A stretch of 60,679 bases of DNA, the filler included, from Jimgerdemannia flammicorona (lineage: Eukaryota), in the NCBI GenBank assembly GCA_003990765.1. It is 2 parts of 2 records of this genome, joined end to end, with 100 filler letters (N's around TTAATTAATTAA, not from the genome) between each part and the next. Parts side by side here need not be neighbours in the genome. Positions count along the whole stretch, not along the records: positions 30,412 to 60,679 come from RBNJ01000451.1; 1 more part is not named here. One strand, written 5' to 3'. Below are positions 51,191 to 60,679 of this stretch, piece by piece. The notes under the pieces were generated by a model that was given only the letters and a program-made list of their open reading frames with translations, made no database searches and was not told where the DNA came from. The translations under genes and the position numbers were made by a program. Within the stretch, counting starts at the first letter, position 1, and the number at the start of each line of letters is the position of its first letter.

Positions 51191-52146
51191 CAAGGCCTCA
51201 GCCCAACCAACCATGAATAAAGAAGAACAATTCTACAAGAAAATCAAAGATGGATATGTACCAAATGACCAATACCCCTATAGCATTAGAATGTACTCTT
51301 CTTGAATGATCAATGATTGCTTCTCTTATATCAATGAACTGGCTCAAAGAAGAACCAACAGAAGGAAAGCTCCTACAACCGAAATCACCACCATTGAATT
51401 AGACAAACTGCTTTCACTTAAAGCTTTTGTCAACTGAGCACCTGTCAAGATTATGATAGACAGTGGTGTCTCAGGCAACTTCATCAATGAAGAAACAGCC
51501 GACAGACTCAAGGTCTTCACCTCTCCAGTATAACAAATACAAGCAGTTGCTACAGCTGATGGAACCTCACATGTTATTAGCAAGGAAGTCTGCAATCTGC
51601 CCTTCTGAATTGGTGACTATTGAGTATATGTTACCCTGCAGATCGTACCACTCCCTGACAATGAAATCATCCTTGGAACTCCATGGTTAAAACAAGAGAA
51701 CCCTATGATTGATTGGGTAAACCATTCTCTGACTATCAAGAAAGGATGCCATAACTTCAAACTACAAGGTGAAAAGGACCCACTCAACTTTAGTGACCCT
51801 GGACTAAAGATCACCTATATCAATAAGCTACAATTCAAGAAATTAGCCAAGAAATGCCCTCTCTTTGCCATCTCCATCTGTACATTCAAAGAAGAACCTG
51901 AGAACTCTGAAGAAGACTTTTCCAAAGTTGACAGCCATGTCAGACCACTACTCCAGAAGGTCCAAGATATATTTCTGAACTAAACCACAGAACCACCTAC
52001 ACCTGTCATTAGTAATGACCAAGAAGAATATAAAGTTGAACAAATCCTCAATAAACATAGCCACAAGAATCATCCAAATGGTACAACAACATCAGAACAA
52101 ATTAGAAGGTCCCGACAAGGATGTCGAAAGCTAAGAAGGGGAGAGT

Positions 52147-53621
52147 TGTAAGCACACAACCTCCAAGCCACCAAAATTATATGACATCCTCAGAACTAAT
52201 TTGGAAACCATATGCAAGATACAAAACAAGTTACTAAAGAGATCATCTGGTTATACGAAATATGCCAGCAAGCATGAGAATCCACTGTCAAGATATAAGA
52301 ATACTGAAGTACTATAACCATAAGACTGACTCTGAACTGCTATAACTAGTTTGATGTACTATACTATTACAAAAGAAAACTGAAAGTACCAAACTCAAAT
52401 CGAGATAAAAAGAACTCTATCTCATCTACCAAAAGGTTTACAAACTATACTTATCAACTCAAGACCAACGTATACTGTGACTATATAAGATCTCATTACT
52501 TAGCAAAAGCAAAATACATTTGAACAACTCCGTTCACTCTATCTGTGTTACCTCCGTTAGAGAGTAACAGATGCTTCATCTGAACTCAAGAAAGCTGACA
52601 TCATCGAAACCAATCTCAAGCCATCTATGTGACAGATATTACTACTAGAAATTGTCTTGGATTACAGAAAATATCATTTCTGAGAGGTTTGAACCCCCAG
52701 CCATAATATTAAAAGCCCTCACCCTAGACAAGAATGGCCAGTCCTCGCAAATGTACTAAAAGACCAAAAAAAAAGAAAACCAAGACCTGTTATCTTTATA
52801 CAACTACTGCCACCAAGGATAGTCTTAATCTTGTAAGAGATAGAAGTGACGATACCTTGAAACTGATGATGTCAGAAGTCAGAAAACTGCTCAGACTTTG
52901 CCAGCGATGATGTCATCAATAGTGATGTCATCAAAGACTAACCAGACAGTGTCTAAACCTATAAATAGCTTAGCAGTTATAGTATAGTTAGATTAGCCTT
53001 GTACGACATGACTGTGAACTGACTCAGCAGTCAGATGATCTCTTGATATGTCAGATCACACTTGTACTATGTGACTGTATTTCGACTCAGCAAGGTACTT
53101 AGTGCTACATCTATATTTAGCATAGTCCAGATAGCCTCTCACTAGTATAAATACCCCCTCCCCCAGACCTCAGAATCTCAGACAAAAAGACTTGAACAAT
53201 TCAAATATAACTTCTGAGTACTTCCTCACAAATATCTTTTTATACAACTACTCCTAGTATAGCAATATCATGAATAGCAAATAAACCTATTTGATAATCC
53301 ACAAACTACTCTTAAGTAAATTCACTCCCTGTTAGATCCCACTCCTAACCCCATCACAAAATTTCCTAATTGGGTATTGTCTGCAGCGATATGCCAATTC
53401 AACTAAGCTGGTCTTAGTTTCTTAAACTTCCTGAAATATGGAAAATCCTGAACATCCAGAACTAGTCCGAAAAAGGACTTTGGTTGAGATGTCAACCCGA
53501 TCTTGAAATCAATAAGCATAGAGGACATACTCCATACAAAATTGATCTTGACCATAAGAAAACAGTCTTCCAGAACATCCAGAACTATGTAACGGTTACT
53601 CTAAAAAGTAACCCTCTTACA
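52147..53621 (+). repeat. 3' LTR of element A
   Basis: PPT upstream. Direct repeat of 30797-32297, ending CTCTTACA. Confidence 0.9.
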
Positions 53622-56600
53622 TATAATCTGAAAGAAAGATCTAGAAGGATCTTGGAAAGAAAGAGAAATGCCAAGAAATAGGTTCTCAGCAAAGCTGACT
53701 AATATTATTCTACAATGTTCTGAAAGATTCCATAACTAGCTAAGACAAGATACTTAGTATCAAGAAAAGACTAGAATGTTTTAGTAGTGTCTGGTTACTG
53801 AGAGAAGGTTTTTAAGCAAGTAGAAGGTAATGGAACATAGTAGAATATTCAAGAAATAATAAGAAAAGACTAACTAAAAGATGTGAAAATGTACTAAGAC
53901 TAAATATAACTGTAAAATTGTTACAGTTTTACTCTAATTACTAAATAGTTATATGAGATAATCTTGAGCAGCAAGATTCAAAATATAGGCCTGATACTAT
54001 ATATAGTTGTTATGTATTAGTATTAAAGATTATATTTTTTTATTAAAGTTTTGTTACTGTAATAGTAATCTCAGAATAGTGATATATCACAGAAGATAGC
54101 CTTTTCTTATAAGTTACTAGATTAGAGTACAAGAAAATTATACAGTATAACTCATCCAGGCTACAAGATGAGCAATGATACATAATCAACCATGAGTTAT
54201 CATAACTACAAGATAGATATCTCAAGGAATATAAAAGAAGAACTAAGGAACCATAGCAACAGTAACTCAAACAAGACTCACAAAATCTCAAAATAGTTCA
54301 AAGATTTACTATAAATAAAATGTCTGCTGCTCACTAAACCTCAAGATCCAAAAACCACCAAGGTTTCTCAGTTCAAGAAAGGATATTCTAAAATATCAGG
54401 AGAGCCATGAGGACCTACACTATAAGGACTCCTAGCCTTAACCTAAGTACTAGTAACTCTTATCACTTTATCCTCAACTGCTGTAAAATAGAAACAAGGA
54501 TTACTATTGCTACTGAATATCTCTAGATATGGTAGGAATATGAAATAAGAAACCTCCTCTGCTAGGAATTCTCTCAGACCAGTCTTTAAGAGATATAAGA
54601 TACCATCTTTATAGATATATATGAATTGAGAGTAGTCAAAAAGATCCATCAGATCTTCAGATATATATTATAATTAATCTCCAACTTGAAGTATACCAGA
54701 GTCTCAGACTTCAAGGAATTATCAGCCTACTATATAGATACACTAGAGGCCATAGTGGTCATAGAAGCCCAATCCACTATTACTCTCAGAAGTAATGAGG
54801 TAGGAGAGTTCTGAAATTCCCATCCTCAAGAACAATTCTGATCAATTCCTACAAGAATTAATCTTAGTATTCTAAGGCCCCAGTATTCAGATTTGACCTC
54901 TTTAATATTTTATCTTTATCTTCTACTTTGCAGAGGAGAACTTTATAGATTAGAGAGCCCCTGATCTTCTTACTCCCACTGCTGCTGCTACTGAATATAA
55001 TAATATTGTTCTACTAATCAATATATATAATATGTGTAAAATACACAATATATATAAAATATATAAAATATACAAAATATTCACTGACCTCATTTCCTTC
55101 AAAGACATCCTGTCTCCAATCTCTAGCCTTAATAGTGATGAAGATGAAGTCTCTAGGATTCTGAATATTCTACTCTGAGTTCTTTATATAACTATTGAAA
55201 TTCTTCTAGCATTCTGATCTTGTGTAACTCAAGTATTCTGATCTTATACAACTAATTATATAGATACTTGAATTTGTACTTATAACTAAAGTTTTCTATG
55301 TTCAATTTATTTAGTTATTGGAATTTATATTTAGTTTTATAACTTAGCAATTATTGAATTATATTTTGTATAAATACCCCTCTCATTTCTTTTGAAATAC
55401 AGTCAGTAGTCAAGTATTCAAACACTCAAGTCCCTAACTACTCAAAAAGTAGAAGTTCCAGTCCTCTACTCAATTCTAAGTAAGTGAATCCAGGAGATAA
55501 CAGAATAGTTTAAAGATAAAAAGTTTGAAGACTATAAGATCTTGAGAAGGCACTTCAATAGAACTTACTTATAAGAAACTTATAATTGGTCTAAGAGATA
55601 CATATACATTGAAGAGAATCTGATATACTTGGAGAACTTAGTGCCCATTGGCTAGTAATACTATTAGGATCTCTCACTTTCAAGCTAAAAAACAAACAAC
55701 CACTATAACAACTACTCTGACTATAAGAGTCATCTCTGCAAGAATTTAAGATAAGATAGAAATATGTCCCACTATATTCTATGGATTTACCACTGAAGAG
55801 TCAATCCTGAACTTCATTGAAGACTTTAAACAATTTGCTGCCATATGAGTTCTCACTGTAAAAGCACAATTGGCTCTTCTATCAGTCAGCCTCAGAGGAT
55901 CTGTCAGAGATAAGTTCAATATATAGCCACTATTGCTAATACTAGTGTAGCCAAACTCACCAATATAAAGAACTTCCTCAAAACTATATACTGTACTAAA
56001 GAGATCAAGTAGGCTCTTAAAGATCAACTTAACACTATCTACTAGAAACTTAGTGAAGATCCCAACTTATTCTACATCCAAATCTACCATCAGATTGTAT
56101 TGACTGATAATGATAACACCCTCAAGAAATAGATAGCTGATTTAATTTTTCTAAAAGAAGTTCACTATAAAATCTCTCTAACAATCTGATCTACCCTAAC
56201 TGCTCTAATCCTTAATTAGAAAGTGGTCTTTGTATAGAGATATTGGACCACCAGATACTCTGCTGAACACTCAATAGAAAGAATAACTGGTATTAATATA
56301 GAGTCATTAAAGCCAACCAGTATCATATCTACTACAGCCATTAATAGATAACTATCTCTATCTATCTCTAAGATGACCAAAACTGACCCAGTGGAGGAAC
56401 TTACTCAGTAGTTTATCAAGATGACTATATATCTTAGTAATGTTATTAAAGAAGTACAAAGTACTAATAGGAGACTAGTGCAGAAGTTTACAGCTACTAT
56501 AGAAGAATATACTATCATATGCTTCAAATATAGAAAAGAAGACCACTATGTAAAGAATTACATAACTAAAACAAGGCACAGAGCTCAACTAAGTAATACT

Positions 56601-59600
56601 ATCAGAACTAGAGAATAAATCAATACTGTAGTCATCAAGGAGATTGGTGATACTGATGATGAAGAATACTATAAGGAGTCTGAATTCTACCCTATTACTA
56701 AAGCTATCAGAATCTGGTCCAAGCTCTATAACAAGAAGGGTAATAATAAGCCAGTTGGAAGACTAAAAAAGACCTCAACCATTACTATTCAAAGTAAGAC
56801 CCAATCTGAGGAGATTGATTAAGATATAGAGTTAGATGAAGCTGTCTATCAAATTATTGAAGAGACTACTCTAGTCTCAGGAGAAAGTGAAAGTAAGAAA
56901 GAATAGAAGCTATGCAAGACCAAGGTCCATCAGTATAATATCTATAAGGATCTCAAGGAACAGAAGGTCAATGCTACTTTTGGACAACTAGTGGAAGTTT
57001 CTGCCTTTAGACAGCAGTTGAGAGTAGGACTTGTAACCACTGTCAAGAACCAAGAGTACAATATCATAGAAGCTCACAATATACAGGAAGATGAATAAAA
57101 AGACTTAGGTGAAGAATTTGAAGATCAGTATAAGACCTCTGCCTATACTTAGTGTCAGATTGAAGATTGTATCTTTAATGCTATCATTGATACTAGTGCT
57201 GAAGAATACCTCATGAGCAAGAAGGCAATTGACCACCTAGATTGGGATATTGATCAATCTACCAAAATGGTCTATATCACAGTAGATAGTATATGAGCTA
57301 TCCTCCTAGATAAGATCTGAGAAGTCTCTATCAAAATTGGAGGAGCTACTATTTCAGTAAATGTGATTATTACAAGTACCACCAACTATGGCATCCTTAA
57401 TTGGTAACCAATGGCTTTATAAGGCCAAGGCTATTATTGACCTCAATGCCCAGAAGATATAGATCAACTATAGAGAAAGAAAGATATGAGTCTCTATCAA
57501 TATCCACAAAGGAGTACTATCAGAAATAGAGAAAGAAGATGAAGAGAATACAGAAGTCTTTATGAGAGCAAGACAACCAAGCTCACAGATGAGTGGTGGT
57601 ACAACAAGATCATTGATGACTATGCCTCTCAAGAAAGATACCTCTATAGTGTTAGGATGTACTACTCCAAACACCTAAATGACTACTAGTCCTATATCAG
57701 TGAAGTCAGAAAAATTCATCAACAAAGATATAAGTAAGAAACTGCTGAAGCAAAAAAGAAAGCCAAAGAAGATAACTAGCCCCCAGAGCTTCAAGCTGAC
57801 AGTGATGATGAAGAGAAATAAGAACCAGACATTACCCTCAAGGTCAAGAAGTTTCACCCCAAAGCCAAGATCCCAAAGCCAAGATCCCAAAATATAAGAC
57901 TGAAGGAGCTGTAGAAATAGACCTTGCTAGCATCCAAGATACTATTCTCAAACCACAGACTACCACTCTACTTGATATTGAAATTAGAGTCAAGTTACTA
58001 GAGAACTATACTGGAATTATCAAGACCAGGAGCAGTCTAGCCAAGAGTGAAATCTCAGTTAAAGGAGGAGTTATTAACCCTAATTACACTGGTGAGATCT
58101 TCCTTATAGTCAGGAATCATAACCCCACTACTCCATTTGAAGTCAAGAAGTATGACAGAATTGGTCAGATACTGATCCATGAAGTCAAGAAGTCTAAGAT
58201 CACTGAAGTCATTGAACTCATCAAGACCAAAAGAGAAGAACAAGACTTTGGATCTACTGAAAGAAGAGCCTATACTGCCACTAAGATTACCAAACTCAAG
58301 CATAAGAAAGACAAGGACCAGAATAAGCACATATATACCATTAGAGAAAACTTCTCTCTAGAAAAACAACTTCTCAAGATTCTACACCAGAATGAAGAAG
58401 TATTTACTACAGACTTCAGAGACATTTTCAACTAAGAACCCAAGTACTATTACAAAGTTGACATCAGTGATACCAAGCCTATTTATCAGAAAGCCAGACT
58501 CATACTACTTATCTATAGAGAATGGCTGTGAGTAGATCTCAAGAAAATGGAAGAAGTCAGTATCATCAAGCAAGCTATTAGTCTCTGGGCTTCACCCATT
58601 GTCCTTACCTCAAAGAAAGGAAGTAAGCCTGGAGAGTTTGCCCTAAGACTCTACATTGATTACAGGAAGCTCAATGTAATCATCAAGAAGGATAGGTAGT
58701 CCTTGCTAAATATTCAAGAAATTCTTACTACCCTTGAAAATGAAGCCAAATACTACACTATTCTGGATCTGTTCTCAGACTTTCATCAGATTGGTCTCAC
58801 TTAAGATACTAGTGAGAAATCAGCCTTCATCACACCTGATGCCACCTATGTCTATCTGCAAATACCATTTGAAATGTATAATGTCTCAGTAAGTTTTCAG
58901 TAAATAATGAACAGAGTCTTCAGTAATAAAATTGGAAAATGGCTTATTGTCTATATTAATGATATGATCATCTTCAGCAATACTACATGGGAATATATCA
59001 ACTATATATAGCTAGCTCTCAAGAAGCTCAAGGAGCATAGTCTCTATATCAAGCTCAAGAAGTATAAGTTTGCAACTCAAGAAAAGAATACATCATTAAT
59101 TAGACTGAAATTCATATAGACTCTATGAAGATTAAGACTGTTGTAGCCTACCCAAGATCCAGAGCAAATATAGAAATCCATGTCTTCCTTGGACTGACCT
59201 CCTACTACAGAAGATTCATCAAAGAATACTCTAATATTGCAGTATCTATCTATAAGCTACTGAAGAAGGAGATCAAATTCAAATAGACCAAGGAATATCA
59301 AGAAGCCTTCAATGAACTCAAGATCAGGTTGACCCAAGCACTCATCCTCAGAAGACTAGATTGGAACCTAGAGTTCATTCTATAGACAGATACAAGTACT
59401 ATAGGACTTGGAGTAGTACTAGCTTAGAAGAAAGATGGATATGAATATGTCATCTCCTACATAAGCCAAGGTATCCACAGAGTAGAACAGAACTATAAGT
59501 CATGCAAGCTTGAATGCTTAGCAATAATCTGGGTAGTAGACAAGTTTCACTACTACCTAGTCAGGAAATACTTCACTATTCAAACAGATCATTCTACTCT

Positions 59601-60533
59601 TACCTAGCTATTCCACACTCTGAATCCCAAAGAAATATATGCCAGGTAGATCTACAGACTGTAAGAGTATGACTATACTGTCAGATACTACTCAGAAAGA
59701 ACTAATACCAATACTGATACACTCTCAAGAATACTCTGAAATATCTCTATCAAGACTATTCAATATAAATAAGAAGCTATACTATAGATTAATTAGCTAT
59801 CTTAGATAGTAGAAGATATCTAACTATCTTGAACCCTAGACTATCACTATTATCAACCAGACTTGGAAACAATTTAAACTAGATAATACTATACTCAGAA
59901 AATGAGAAAAGCTCATCATATCTGAATATAAGAAGTATCAAGTAATGGAGAAAGTATATAAACAAGAATACTTAGGAGGAACCAACATATACAACAAGAC
60001 AAAAAGAACTATATAGTGGCCTAAGATAGAAGAAGACTTGTACTAATTTGTCAAAGAATATGACAAGTACCAAAAACAGAAATAAGATCAACAAGACCAG
60101 GCATCCAGATCATCAATAATTGAGCCTATCCTCTTCTACCACATTGCAATAGATATCATTGGACCACTATCAGTAACTCTATCAGAAAACTACTATATTA
60201 TAGTTCTTGTAGATCTCTTTACCAAATAGATAAAAGCAGGAGTATTATAAGAAGTCAATACTCTCTCTATTGCTGACTTCTTATACTGAGAAATCATCTG
60301 CTGCTATAAAACATCAAGGCAAATCACTACAGACTACAGTATAGAATTTGTCAATAGATTCTATAAGATAATATATCAGAAATACAAGATTTAACATATC
60401 AAGACTACTGTATATCACTCTCATGAAAATGGACAGACAAAAAGAATCAACAAGACTCTTAAGGATATCCTGGCTAAGATCTCAGATATATATGAGAATT
60501 GGGATAACTACCTCCTAACTATCCTCTCTGTTC

Positions 60534-60534
<1 letters not shown>
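53622..60534 (+). mobile_element. Ty3/Gypsy element C, strongly decayed (LTR-gag-PR-dUTPase-RT-RH-IN), cut at the 3' end by a LINE tail
   Basis: TATAAATACCCC ~55369; probable LTR end/PBS ~55584; CCHC relic ~56518; FNAIIDTSA ~57174; RLYIDYRKLN ~58647; VYIND ~58949; IAIDIIGPL ~60143; HENGQTKRINKTLK ~60422. Left boundary is inferred. Confidence 0.82.
57833..58260 (+). pseudogene. dut: dUTPase domain between protease and RT (element C)
   Basis: LKVKKFHPKAKIP, IDL, TRSSLAK, VKGGVINPNYTGEI, DRIGQILI, REEQDFGST. Confidence 0.85.
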
Positions 60535-60583
<49 letters not shown>

Positions 60584-60679
60584 GTCTCTTGGACTGCCCT
60601 TTATTACCGAATTCTATAGTATTAACAATATAATGACACCCTCCCCATCAACCATTTCCCCTTTTTTTTTTTTTTTTTC
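60535..60679 (-). mobile_element. 3' tail of another LINE of the same group
   Basis: Poly-T followed by ATAGTCTCTTGGACTGCCCTTTATTA, similar to ATAGTTACTCAGACTTCCCTTTATTA at 26-51. Confidence 0.75.

Larger units (their letters stand above)
30797..53621 (+). mobile_element. Ty3/Gypsy element A (non-autonomous: gag-dUTPase-protease, RT/RH/IN deleted), host of element B
   Basis: LTRs 30797-32297 and 52147-53621 (TGTAAG...CTTACA/CTTATA). Decayed PBS after the 5' LTR, PPT at 52133-52146. gag is split at 33899/50347. Confidence 0.88.

Overview
Eukaryotic DNA, probably fungal (inferred from a fungal-type U6 and TKL-type kinase relics), and dominated by transposons. An artificial N44-TTAATTAATTAA-N44 join at 30312-30411 splits the window, so the two halves may not be neighbours. 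Left half: a decayed L1/Tx1-like LINE (1-6072, minus) sits in the 3' end of a DIRS element that also holds a U6 snRNA retrocopy with a 14-bp target-site duplication (TSD). A second, structurally complete DIRS (9619-14448) has ITRs, ICR, RT/RH, methyltransferase-like and tyrosine recombinase domains. These elements interrupt a tandem array with a ~2.2-2.5 kb unit carrying an unrecognised 150-176 aa intronless gene family: 3 intact copies, 2 pseudogenes and 1 orphan upstream module. The units contain an 18-21 bp minisatellite that is inverted in two of them, and kinase relics are interleaved. Right half: nested Ty3/Gypsy elements. Chromovirus B (33900-50346) is inserted in the gag of a deleted relative A (30797-53621), and a full-length LINE (35411-41305) sits in B's 5' LTR. 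A third family, C, follows. A/B carry a dUTPase between gag and protease, C carries one between protease and RT, and both LTRs of B hold a 366-codon frame in U3. All TE coding regions are broken by C>T/G>A stops.
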